A stretch of DNA of 63,802 nt, filler included, from Reticulomyxa filosa (GCA_000512085.1; 22 parts of 22 records of this genome joined end to end with filler, not necessarily neighbours in it), one strand, 5' to 3'. Counted from the whole stretch's first letter, positions 11,614-24,870 are shown. Program-made: numbers and translations. The notes: a model not told the origin generated them from the sequence alone.

Positions 11614-14600
11614 TCAAATCTCTTTGAAAATATTAGAGTGGCACAAAAAACAGGTGCGTCTTTCTTTCATATGAGACTTCAACATTTTATGATCACAAAC
11701 GGTACATCGATAGACAATATCGTCTTTTGTCAAAATGTTTCCTGTGGCCATGCATATATTGATGGTCTCTCCAGGTTTGTTTTCCATTGTTGTAACGGCA
11801 GAGTTATTTGTGAAATACTCGGAATTTTTCCTTTGTTAAACAAAAAACGATTTGTATGACGTATATGAAAAAATATTTGCAAATATAAAAACTCTTTGTA
11901 AAGGCAATGGAAACTGTGAGAATAGTTTTATTGCTAAATTCCGATATTTTTTTTGATTTAGTTCACTTTTATGCATATACTCTAATTCGGTCAAAGCTTT
12001 TGAACACTCTTGGAAACATCCAGTTTCATAACTGACCAGAGCGATCAAGGAATAAATCGATTTGGACGCAACAACGTTAGTGTAATTGATTAAATGCATG
12101 CACTACAAATGTATAAAATGTGTTGTAACAAAAGTGAAGCTTGAGAAAGGGGAATCTCATGAAAAGAATTTTATTCAACTGTTTGTAGCGCATCAATCCA
12201 TTTCATTTTGTGAATTTGTTTTTGTGCAAGTAAGTAAAAGTGATATGCTTCGGCGCCATGCCAAGCGCTATTAATAATTGCCTGCTCTTCAGGCGATATC
12301 TGCTGGTCTTCTGCTAACATTTGGTCAATTGTGTCCATGGCAGTGTGGTTGTTAGCCATGTGTGACTTCATCATAGCTTTGCGATGTTTGTCGATCTCTA
12401 GAGCGCTCAACACATATAACTTTTTGATTTTCAATGGTTCAATCGCAAGCGGAGTCATAGTGGTTACATGAGTGTTGTCCAACTGGGACAACTTTAGTGC
12501 TTCTCTTGTCAACAAGCGTGCACAAGCCAAATGCATTTCACTTTGGTGATACACGTTTGCCGCCTTTTGTGTTAGTTAGTGCATATTTCTTTGTCCAAAA
12601 AAAAAGTACAAAAACACAGCCCAAACTTCAAAAATTTTATTTTGAGACAACAATGTATTCACTCGCTTTTCAATCCATGATTGTACTTCTTTGTAATCGT
12701 GCACTCTCCCAATTTTTGCTGCTGTCCCCCACTGTTCCAATTTTATTGTAAAAATTTTGGAAACTTTTGAAAGGTATAAAACATTCAATCAAAAAAAAAA
12801 ATATTAACATATACATATGCTAACTTCATTCCATGTAATACAGCATTGAATCGCACATTTAATGTCACCGAACTTGCAATAAGCTTCAGCTGCTTTCTCG
12901 CATTGTCCAAAGTTTTCAAACATTTCACCAATTTTTCTTTGGTGAACATACAAACTTTTTTAATTGGTGTATCTAAAAATTAACTTTTTGTAAAAATGTA
13001 CTGGTTTTAATAACTTAAGCAATGGTGTACCGTCTGGTAGTTGCTTAACGATATGATATAAAGTTGCAAAATCAAACACTCGAAATGCACAATGTGCCAA
13101 GGATTGAAATTCTTTTGCACGCATGTAGTATTTTATTGCTTCTTGATACACTTGTCGCTCTTTCCAATAATCGCCAATGTGTTTATATGCCTTCTGCAGG
13201 GTTTTATCATCACCCGCACCACTTTGAGCCATCTCCATTACTCGTGGCCAATCCCCCAAGGACATACGAAGTTGCAATGCCAAAGATTTTTCATTGTTCT
13301 AGTTTATTATATTTTCTTGAAAAGTTTAACAACTTTCGATAAAAAGGTGATTTTTTGCACTTTTTACAAAAAAAAAAATTCGAAGATTCAAAACTTTAAG
13401 ATAGATATTCTCTGCTTCGTCAAATTGTCCAAAGTAAATGCAGACTTCTGCTTTCCGCTTGTAGACAGTAGAAATATTTCGCAGTTTCTTGACGAATTGA
13501 ATGCCTCCGTAGTTTTTGCACTCAACGAAGGCAAGTTCAGCAGCGTCTAGATCTAGAATCCCCAAAGCGTGTTGGCCAATAGCTTGCCAAACAGCTTTAT
13601 GCCTGCATGATGAAGAATTTGCTACGTGATTGCACACGTCCCAAATATTTTTGCATTGAGTCAATCTTTTAGTTACTGCAGTCAACTCTTTGGTTGGGAA
13701 ACTCAAAAGACGCGAGGACGGAGTCAATTTATTGGCTCCGCTGCTCATCAAAACTTCAGAAGGGACCATGGTCACTGTTAGATTTCTTCAAACAAAAATG
13801 AGAAAAATAAATATACGCAACCAAACACACAATTAAAAAAGAAAACACGCCCCAACTTGAATAAGCACAAATTTGCACAAGTTTCGACACGAGTGTCCTC
13901 ATTTTCGTTTTGATAAATGATCAACTTTGACTTTTGTATAATCGCACAAAACTCTGGACAGTCTTCAGCCCTATCTCAAAAATAATATTGTATAGCCCCT
14001 TTGCATCTGTTTGTGGCAAGTAAATATGACAAAGAGCTTCGAAAAAAGATAACCAACCAAAGCACATTCCAAACATCACCCTTTTCCAAGATAGTGTTGC
14101 TTTTTGCAAATAAATGGAATTCGTTTGGCCTTTAGGACCAGTGGAGACGGAATTGTGATTTGTGTTCGAGTCGTTGCCAATTTGGTTTGATTTGGCCAAG
14201 TCGAGCAACGTTAACGACTTGTTGACGTCTATAGCTGCAAGGTGGGTCATGTTGCAATTGACACTGATATGCGTCATTGTTGCGTTCATATGAACACGAT
14301 GCAATATAATTTCTTGCAAAATCGAGTAGATGACAACGTCCCCTGATTGTCTCGCCAAAATTATGCACTTGTCGTGTCCTGTGATCGCACAAACTGGATC
14401 ACTACTCTTATCCTCAATTCCGTACGTTTTTGTCGTGTTTTCCTGGGTTTTTGTTTCACACAGTTCATCTACATGAAATAATTTCGACACTAAGCCCACT
14501 GTCGACAAAATGCCTATTTTTTTTTTTTTAAAAGGGGAACCCCCCTACTGTTCTATTGTGTAGGTTCATAATTTTTTTTTTTTGGACTTTGCCAATATAA

Positions 14601-16537
14601 TCAATAAATTTAACCATCAGCTGCAGCAAGCAACTTTTCATCATGAGTATGTTGCCAAATGAAAACCAAGGTTTGAGATGCTGCAATTCCAAAGTACTTT
14701 GTCTAAATTTATCATTTTTTTATTTTTTTTTAACAATCGATTTTTGCAAAAGTTGTTTAATTAAAAAAAAAAAAAAAAAATTGACGAAAATGCAGATGTT
14801 TGAAAATGATGAGAAAATTGAAACGAAACGACAGTGCAAAATGTCGGTGCAAATGGGACTTTTTCTCGAGACAGTGGCTGTCCAATCGAATTGCACAAGG
14901 CCAGCTCGCATTCGATCTTGTCGTTTTGCAAACTACTTTGTGCAAGTATATTGTTGGAATGCGCAATCAATACGTAAGGCGCGACTGCCGTAGAGCCCAT
15001 GGCATGCAACGTCTGCACCCACTTCACTTCAAACATGTCTGCAATTGTATCCCAAAAACAAATGCATTGTAGTCTCAAAGGATCGTTGGTCAAACTTTTG
15101 AGAACGCTTCGATCCACATAAGGTGACAATGGTTCTCGTGATGACTCAACGGCAGAGGACTCGGTACTGTTGATATGCTCAATGCAATAACATAACACTT
15201 GACTCTGAAACGTGCAGTAACGAGTGTTGATCTTGCACAATGCAAAATAAATGTGCTCATCAATTGTTAGAGCTAATATCTGTCCATCTGCAGACCAGGT
15301 CGCATCAGTTACTGATTCTTCACTTTTACAAGGAACTTGTAAAGTAAATAATGGCTGTCAAGATTTTTTTTTTTTTTTTTCATCTTCCCCCCTTTTTTAC
15401 TTTTTTTTTTTAAAAAAAAAATAGCTTGAGAGAGAAACAAAAACCTGGCCAAAAGAGCTAAAAAATTGAATAAAATTGAGGTAGCCATGTTTGGAAGTCG
15501 AATTTGACCTGGAAGATTCGGCCGTTTTGGAAGATTTTTTGCCAACGACAGCTAAAATACTTCCATTGGAGTTCCAGCGTATACATGTAATCCACATGTC
15601 AGTATCCAACAAAATGGGCCGTGGATCGTTGTAGGTACGCAGTAATTGCATATGTCCATTGTCATAAACTACAACAAGTTTGGAGGCATTCGTATCTTCG
15701 TTATGCACGTGGGAACACCAGCGAATGTCCGTGATATGTGCATTTCGACTGGAAAGGTCTTGATCATCGGAACAAGAAATTTGTAAATCCGAAACATATT
15801 TCCCTGATTTGTCAAACAGCTTGACTTGATTGCTTGTGGTTACCATTATTAAATGTGCACCGTCAGGAGACCATTCAATCGTTTTTAATGGCATTTGCAC
15901 ATTCTTAACCCACTCACGATTTCCGTCTTGCAATCCAACAATTACAGTTCCGTCTTGATATGCAACTGCAATTTTTTCGCCAGTCCGATTCCATCTCATG
16001 GATGCAACTTCACTTTCCTCGCGCTTGTTTATCTGCATATAAGCACATGTACTATTGTTATTTATATACTTGTTCTTTTTTTTTTTTTTTTTTGTTAGTT
16101 GACCCCAAATGATTACCATTTCTTCTATCCATTTACCAGAGTTCATCATCCAAACCGTAATAAGTCCATGCTCGTCAATTGTAATTAATTTATTGAAAGC
16201 ATCATTCCATTCAATTTTGGTAATCTTACCGTTGTGACCTTCCAGTTTCTGCGTTTCCGCTAATTTGAGGTTATAACAGGCTCCGCTTTTGTTTGCGTTC
16301 GTGCTTGTGCTTGCACCAGAGTCCGTTTTCATCACTTTTACAAACCCGTTCAACCCCCCACAAGCTATCCACCCTTCTGCACTCCATGCAATGCTTTGCA
16401 AAGAGCCACTCCCTGGCACAGCGATCTAAGTAAATGCAATATAACATAGATATTTCAATGGTGACACTTTTGCCTTGTTCTGGCAATAGACGACAACATA
16501 AAAAAAACTCAACTTTTTTATGAAAGTAAGCAAACAT
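11614..16537 (-). CDS. WDR35: Intraflagellar transport protein 121 (IFT-A subunit), multi-exon, apparently complete
   Basis: N-terminus MFAYFHKK/IAVP...WIACGGLNGFVKV, LEGHNG...WND...KLITIDEHGLITVWM, AFVECKNYGGIQFVKKL, LGDWPRV, AWHGAEAYHFYLLAQKQ, and C-terminal Zn finger CMATG...CTVCDH...CFLCH. TGA at 11616-11614. Confidence 0.95.
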
Positions 16538-16827
16538 ATGTTCCAGCGTGAGCAAAAGAGAATTAATGAATTGCTATTGTTATTGACAGCTGCAATTTCA
16601 TCAGTGTTTAATCGTGCAATATGGAAAAAAATGCTGACTTAATAAATTGACGTCAAAAGATTCTTTAATTTTTAAAATTGAAAAGAAAACCTTATTCAAA
16701 ATTACAAGGGGGGGGACCTTTTTTTTTNNNNNNNNNNNNNNNNNNNNNNNNNNNNNNNNNNNNNNNNNNNNTTAATTAATTAANNNNNNNNNNNNNNNNN
16801 NNNNNNNNNNNNNNNNNNNNNNNNNNN

Positions 16828-17674
16828 AATGTCAATGTCAATGTCAATGCCAATACCAATGCCAATATCATGCATCCATTTCAAACAGACACCGAATTGA
16901 CAACGGTGAAGGACGTGAAGGATGTGTTGGAAAGTGCTGCCTTTGGAGACGACAGCGAAACCTTTCAAAGTATTGCCAAGCTGTGGCGAGAGTCTCCGTT
17001 ATTGGGACAGGAAACTCCGGTCCAGCAGGAATTAGAGCTTGACGACGAGCATGTTGCGGGCACGTACAGGTCCATTTCCCTCCCTGCCGTCGATGATTTG
17101 GAGCTGATGATCGACAGTCTGTCCGCAATGGAGCACGACGACTACGTCTCGCAAACGTGTCTCTCCGACGATGCTCGAAGCAAAATGATGATGAATTTCT
17201 TCGAGCCCAAAATCGTCGATCAAATCCACAGCTTTATAGGCACTCCACCTTTTGGAAGTGTATGTATTTATCTAACAAAAGTGCAACAGCAATATATACA
17301 ACATATATGTGTACATAAACACAAGTTTTCATTGGTTAAATTTTTTTTATGTATATATGCATATACATATACGTATACACATATATATATATATATACAT
17401 ATATGTATATGTGTGTGCATGTAATAATGTCCAAACAGTACGGTTTTGGCAACAGTGAAAACAATATTTGGAAGGATAAAAACCTGGAAGAAGCAGAAAT
17501 GCTAAAGTTGAATCCTGGCAACGAAATGGAAATGCCACGACAGCCGATGGAACTGATGGAAGGGGAATCACAAACAGTTCCGACGACGATAACGACTAGA
17601 ATAGGTCGATCACGCCTAAGCGACTCGAGGCCTGTCGAAAACGCAAACGTGAATGCTGCAGCAGTGGCGACAAT

Positions 17675-17705
<31 letters not shown>

Positions 17706-18391
17706 ATAACAACAACAACAACAACAACAGAAAGAAAAGCAAGCAATGCAGAAGAGCGTGGAAAAGGAAAGGAGTACGATAAAAAAGAACCGATTACTTT
17801 GGAATGGGCCCGTCGTTTTGCGGAAATGTTCGCTTTCGTGAATTGAATCCTGACGCTCAAGTGTGGTACCAACCTTCGGGCAATGTGCATGCTGATGGAA
17901 ATATGCCTGCAAATACGATAACGTGTGGTGGCAACATGATCGGAGTTGGTGTAAGGAATTGTGAGGCGATGGCCAATTCCAATTCCAATTCCAATTCCAG
18001 TCCTGGAGGGATGCATTCGCATGATCTGAGTCATGCCACAGATAAAATGAATTATGCTTCTGTCCAACCTCAACAATCTCGTTCCCATTACTACTCCGCG
18101 CATGAGATGGCGCCAGAATCGTCGTTGTCGTCCAATCACATGGGCCCCAATGTGATTCTGCAGCCCTCAATAAAGACAACTCTGAACATGAATGCGGTGA
18201 ACCCCGGAGTGATGGCGGCCACTGGGATGAACAATATGATTGCAAGTGCAACTGTCACACATCCGGCTGATGTGATAAACATTAACATGAATCGCAATAT
18301 CGCAATGCAAATACCATTTCGTGGTGGTAGTCATAACAATTACCATCACCATTACAACAATGCCAATATCAACCATCACAATACAAGCAGC

Positions 18392-18423
<32 letters not shown>

Positions 18424-18967
18424 TAATAACACTCTTAATCACAATAACAATAATATTAACATTAGTAATACAAACAATAACAATTCGATTAACAATGCCA
18501 GTGGCAGTAACAATAACAGAACCCCAGGAAGGTATCATCACAGCTACCATCACGCAAACAATTACAGAAATCAAAGACACGGCAATAGCAATCGATATGT
18601 TCATCACAGCCATAATCACAGTCAAAACTACAACCACAACGCTTATCTCTCTCGGCATTCCGATACAATGGCAAACACTTCGAACATGCACATATCCACC
18701 CAACAAATGGGCAGTGCGTATGGCATGATCAACATTCCCCCGCCTATGGGAACACAGACGCACATGGGCAATGCCTCGACAATGACGAGTCATAATAACC
18801 ACCGCAACGCTGGCAGGTATGGTGGTGCTACTGCTAGTGGCAGCAGTGCTCACTGCCACAATCCCAAATATGTCATGAGTGACATGCACACAAATGCAAA
18901 TTATCATCGTGCCAGAGGTGGACAGGGTGACAATCGTCGAGACACCAGTGCGGTTTATGGGACATAA
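16828..18967 (+). CDS. Low-complexity Asn/His/Met-rich (prion-like) protein with PAM2-like motif; 5'-truncated, probable intron and one frameshift
   Basis: ORFs 16870-, 17349- and 17804-18967. A TA-repeat intron is likely at about 17260-17438. The frames join at A6 17781-17786. Contains poly-Asn (AAT)n and ELNPDAQVWYQP at 17840-17875. Confidence 0.55.
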
Positions 18968-20616
18968 CCCATAGTTGGATTGAAATGTGGTAACTTACAA
19001 TCATAAGATTTTGAGATGACAACAAGCAAATTCCAATGTTGTACTATCACTTACTTCTTTTCAAAGAGCAAACAAGAAAAGTAGACAAGCAGGCTTTTAT
19101 TTTTTCTTTTTTTTGAGGTTTTTTTTACTATTATTTTTTTTTCTCTTTGTTTACCCTCCATCCTTTCTTGCTTAAATGCAAAAAGAACAATTTTATTTTG
19201 TTTGTTTGTTTTTTTTTTTNNNNNNNNNNNNNNNNNNNNNNNNNNNNNNNNNNNNNNNNNNNNTTAATTAATTAANNNNNNNNNNNNNNNNNNNNNNNNN
19301 NNNNNNNNNNNNNNNNNNNAAATATTGTTGCTGTAATGTCTCGTCCGTTGGTGTGTTTTTACAAATGAATGCATTAGAGAATACCAATTCAATAACTTTG
19401 AAGTGAAATGGTACATGTCCTTCTTTTCATCCGCATCATCTAATCAATTTTTAAGTAAATCTTGGACGTCTTTCTTTATCTTCTAAGAGTAAGCTTAATA
19501 AATGGGATTGTTAAACTTTCTTTTTTTTTTATTATTGGATATGATCAAAACAATATTGAGCTATTATGAATAAATTAATCAATATATATAAGAAAAACGA
19601 AACTGTCCAATATCAACTGTAATATCCGAGTCAACATCTGATTTTCAATTCCCTCGTTGGCGTTACCAAATAATAATCGCACAATAAATTCAGTATATTG
19701 CTTATAACATTGCAATAAAGTAACCAAGCGCAAGTCTAAGACGATAACTTGTTTTAATGCTTTTTCGTCGATTATTTGTGAAAATCAATGTTTTGCAACA
19801 TCTTACATACACTCATACATTTTTTTTATTGAGTGATCCACTTTGACAAGGCCAAGTAAGTAAGACATGCTATTCATAATCTGTTGCGTTTGAAGTAGAT
19901 TTAGGTGAATATTCTCAAAGCATTTCATCTCCGCTCTTTAAATCAAAATATTTCCATCTTTCATCATTTACGTTGAATCTCACCAATTTATCCTTTTTTT
20001 TAATTATGTTTGTTGTTGATTCATATATTTGAATAAAGATTATCCAAATAATATTCGTCATATTGTCATTGATTTGCAAAATTTATGTATACTCTTGTCG
20101 TCTGCACAAAAATATATATTGACATATACATTTTCAATGATTTATCATTCTCACTTTCACACATTCTATTCACTGTTTTCAATAGCTTCTTCTTTGAAAT
20201 AAGAGCCAATTGTACGTATGTAAATACTTTCTTCCATTGTTGTTGCTCCAACATTGCAATATCTTCTCATTGTGTTGTTTTTTTCCTCTCAACGCAAGAT
20301 TGTATTTTCCAAAAATCTAAATATCTCATCATTCTCTTTTATGCTTTCTGTCATTTTAATAACGAAATTTCACCACGGGGGAAACATTTTTTCGACTGAC
20401 GTTCAAGTTATGGACTTTATGAGTTTGACAATCATTATTCCCTACATGTGTCTTTTGGTGATGTAATTATTCGAGTGCAGTGTGATACCCTTTGAGTTTT
20501 TTCTTTTGTTCGGAGGAATATTGGATAACGGCATCGATTTGTTTCTGCAATTATTCATTATCTTGTACTTTTTGCACAACTTACAACTGTAGCTCATTCA
20601 CGTCTGCCATTTTTTT

Positions 20617-21331
20617 TTAACACTCCGTCTTGGATTGCAATAGTAACAATGGCAATGATCTCTTATGTCCTTGCACATTCCACTCGAATTTCTTCAATTC
20701 CGACGCTTCCCTCTCGCCGCTTTACGATATTTGCTTTGCGCGCCATTGGTAGTATGTCGCTGTGCTTTCAATTCTAATTCAATGATTTGCAATCGCAACG
20801 CGGGACATGTCGTTACGACAATCCCGCAATTTCAAAGCCACCTCTTCTCTCTCTTGAGTGGCATTGGACAACTCGATTTCCAAATAAGCCACTCTATCTT
20901 TCGCATCGATTACATCATTGGCTCTGTTTATATCATTTGCACAATTGTCAGCCAAGCGCACTTTGTACTCCACTATTTATTGCTTGTACATTTCCACTTG
21001 CTCCTTGTTTTCAATTTTATTTGATACAAATTATGTTCAATGTAATGTAAGTCCACACATTTGTATATACATATATATATATATGTATATATGTACGACA
21101 ATAAAGTGACATCAAAACTTTTAATTGTGGTATTTGTGACAATTGCAGTTTCAAATCGAAAATTTCTTTCAAAAAAAGATCATTGTTATTGTCTTTTACA
21201 GTTCCCAGCTCTTTCATTTTGACATTAACTATGCTAATTATTCGTTCAGTCTTTCATTGTCCGCTTGCAGCTTTCTTGTCAATTCCTAGTACCTTTTTGC
21301 TTCTTTCAAATGCTCTTGGTTTGTTTCTTGC
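20617..21331 (-). pseudogene. Coiled-coil protein pseudogene
   Basis: QETNQEHLKEAKRY*ELTRKLQADNERLNE*LA*L, then KEIFDLKLQLSQIPQLK / intron / EQVEMYKQ*IVEYKVRLAD...LEIELSNATQEREEVALKL. Five TAA/TAG stops plus frameshifts. Confidence 0.6.
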
Positions 21332-21431
21332 NNNNNNNNNNNNNNNNNNNNNNNNNNNNNNNNNNNNNNNNNNNNTTAATTAATTAANNNNNNNNNNNNN
21401 NNNNNNNNNNNNNNNNNNNNNNNNNNNNNNN

Positions 21432-21471
<40 letters not shown>

Positions 21472-22494
21472 GTATTTTATTTGTGACTTTTTTTTCTTTC
21501 GTGCTCCCTCCTTGTACTGATGCGAATATCCATCCGGGGATTGACCACAGTTGTCATTGCTATTAATTTTCATGTGTCCTTACATTGTTAAAACATATAT
21601 GTCTTTGTGTATGTTTGTGGTGTCCCTCGTTACATCTCTGTGAACCCAAAAGAAACACAAACTTGGCTTTTTTTATTTATTTGTTTTGTTTGTTGTCCTT
21701 TTTTTTTTTTTGATTGTGTGTTTCTGAGATAAGAGAAAAGCTAAGAATTCTCATCTTACAAAATCTTAAAGGTAGCACGTGCGGTTTGTTTTTGTATGTG
21801 TGTTTGATGTGACTGTTCCTTGTCACTACTCTTTGTTTTCAATCTTTGAAAACAATGCGTGACCACAATGAACTGTTTTTGGATGTGAAATAAATTTTTT
21901 GCCTGTATTTTAACCATTCTGGATCGATGTTAAACTCTGTGGTTAAAAAACTTTTCTTCTTTTTGTTCATCTTCGATTTTCTTTTGCTAGAAACCAAAAT
22001 AAACGTATTCGCATAAATAACTTGAACAATGTTCATGGTATATTCCTTCTTCAAACAAATACTCAAAAAAATTAAATTATATTGTACCAGCAAAACAGTG
22101 AGAGAGTGAATAGTCATATTTGTGATGGAGAGACCATACTATGGCTTGCTGCTGTTACATATTATAATTCGACAAATATATTGTAATTTTTGAGTTGCAT
22201 CATCTCATATGAAAAGTAGTCTATCCTCAGGTCTATGAGCGTAGTAAAATTATATGTTGCTTATGACAACTATTTACCACTTTATTTTCTTAAACGTATT
22301 AATATTCCTGTAGCAAAATAGCTGAAATTGTGATGCTATAAAATTTGCCGCCATTTTGTGCTTTGAAATAATTAATTTAAAAAGATGTGTGCTAAAAACG
22401 TATTCCAACACAAAAAATATCATTTTCCGCTACGTTAGTTTGAGTTTTCATCTTCCATCTTGCGTTTGTAAAAAAATACTACGTGTTAAGACCG

Positions 22495-23175
22495 ATGTGG
22501 TGGGTCTTGAGCACATTCTGGCTGCTGTCGTTGGGGGCAGAATTGATGCAACCTGACAGCGTCATAGTGAATGAGACAGTAACAACATTAACTGTGGCTA
22601 AGTGTAGCTGGACAATAGAAGACGCGGTGACTTTGCAAACACGTTGTTATTGCTACGAATGGAACGGGAGACGCAAGTGTTCAGTGCCTGGTCCAACTTT
22701 AATATTTACAAATGGCACGCAAGCCAACCTTCGCTTGGCAAACAGGTTTACTTTTTATTTTTATTTTATTTTAGGGAAAGACGAAAAGAGAGGGAGTGAA
22801 AAGTGAAACAAAGAGCGCGCACATAAATTGTGTGAATGCAATACGACCTTTCATATAGTTTGACCGGTTCTAAGGCGTTTAGTACTAACACTATGATGGT
22901 AATGGATATGAAATGTCACGACCCAGATGTAGTAAATTTGCACGTTCACGGACTTCACGTAGATCCAACAGTGGATGACGTTGTGGAGAAATCAGTTCAA
23001 CCAGGAGATAGTCCTGTGGATTACAACTTTTCCATCTTGCCCGACCACTACCCTGGGTTGCATTGGTAGTTGAGTGCTACGTACTGTTTTTGAGTGCTCG
23101 GTCAGGATTTGTTTTTTTTTTTTTTTTTTTAAACATCCTTGTAATGAATGAATTCTTAATCCTATATCCTTCAAC

Positions 23176-23209
<34 letters not shown>

Positions 23210-23632
23210 TAAAGTCATGATCATTGGCACGGAACTGCGACTCTTCATTTGCACATGGGATTGTTTGGAGCCTTGTCGATGGTCCGAAGTAGCAACGCAG
23301 GGATCGACCCAGACTTTGCATCAATGACGACACGTGTGGCGATATTGCACGGACTTAGTTTGAACAACGCGTCGTTGAACGATAATGGCGAATGCAATTG
23401 TGAAGGTTACAGTGACTGGTTTGACGGAACGAGGCCGAGCGTGGTTAGCAATCCTTTGTCGATACCAAAGATTGTGTTGACAACCATTTGCGATCAATGG
23501 TGTGATATGCTTTGTTATCAAAGGCAAAGTTCGGCCGCATATCCCATCCAATCCTTCCATCAGAACAATTGGAACAACATTATGGCTCAAAATCCTGTTG
23601 TCAACTCGGATGGCGGCACCACTTTGTTTCTG
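22495..23632 (+). CDS. Secreted multicopper oxidase, N-terminal cupredoxin domain, multi-exon, 3'-truncated
   Basis: Signal peptide MWWVLSTFWLLSLGA, then PGPTL, NLHVHGLHV, and PDHYPGLH / intron 23066-23214 / HDHWHG...MGLFGAL. These carry the first two HxH copper motifs. Confidence 0.85.
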
Positions 23633-24009
23633 GTATATACCTTTTTTTTTTTTTTTTTTTGTCTTCAAAAGAAGATGGATGAAACAATAAAGNNNNNNNN
23701 NNNNNNNNNNNNNNNNNNNNNNNNNNNNNNNNNNNNTTAATTAATTAANNNNNNNNNNNNNNNNNNNNNNNNNNNNNNNNNNNNNNNNNNNNGGATCTCA
23801 TGACACGACATGCAACAATGCTCTCTCTCTCTCTTTCTCTCTTCCTTTATTCATATCTTCCAAATGTTATTCATTACACTTTGTTTCCGTTTTTAATTGT
23901 CTTTTTGTTTTGTCTAGGTCCTTTTTTTTTTCTGTTTTTCAAAAAGAATTACTTGCTTTTATACAGTCTAATTAAATGTTACCTATGTGAATACTATTTC
24001 TTTCTATAA

Positions 24010-24360
24010 AACAACTTTGTTTCATTCTCAACCAAGTGACAAAACAATTCGTTTATGGGATGTTAAAACATCAAAACCATTACATGTTTTCAATTGACAT
24101 AAACGTGTTGTTTGGTGTGTTGACATTTCATCATTGCAAAGCAATATTAACAGTAATAAAAAAATGAATAATATTGGCTGATTTGTGGAAATAGATATAC
24201 CATTTGAATATGAGATATTGAAACAGTCAAACAATTCAATATATCCAAAGGACATGAGAATAGTGTAAAATATAGATCAAATGAATTAATGAATACAATA
24301 TTATCTGAATCATCTGATAACAGTGTTCGATCAAATAAGAATGAATTGTATGTGATTTTA
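24010..24360 (+). pseudogene. Decayed WD40 gene fragment
   Basis: DKTIRLWDVKTSKPLHVFN*HKRVVWCVDISSLQSN and KGHENSVKYRSNELMNTILSESSDNSVRSNKNELY, with stops and deletions. Same family as 26894-27372. Confidence 0.8.
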
Positions 24361-24870
24361 TTGGAATACAATCAAGACAATTGTAAAATAAAATCGAATA
24401 AATGGCAGTACCGAAGAAAATGGGTTTTGTTTATTTTTTATTAATTTTTTTGGTATTACATTTGTGATATCAAATTTATTCGATATTGACAAACTGATTT
24501 GAAGTTTATCTTTTATTTGCTTCTTTGAAAATATTTCTTTTTTTTCCGATTTCATGAAAAATTAGCATCATTTTGAAATTTTTTTTAAACTGGTCAAGTC
24601 TTAACTTTTGATATCTGAATGAATCTTTAATTTCTAAAAATTAAAAAAAGTAACAATATTTGACTGTTCTTTGTACTTCTATTAAAAATCAGATGCATTT
24701 TTAGATTCATCAGAATAAAAAAATTCGAAATAACGTTGATTTTTCATGAATAAAATTGCAATATTTGTAGGGATTCGTTTTAGTGTATCTATTTTGTGCA
24801 ATTAATTGTATTTACATCGATACTCCAATACCAAATGAAAATTGGGCAAACGAAAGAACTTTGAATGTTA

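Noticed and set aside
17336-18907. Long antisense and alternate-frame ORFs (poly-V/I/C/A)
   Set aside because: By-products of trinucleotide repeats in the Asn-rich sense gene.
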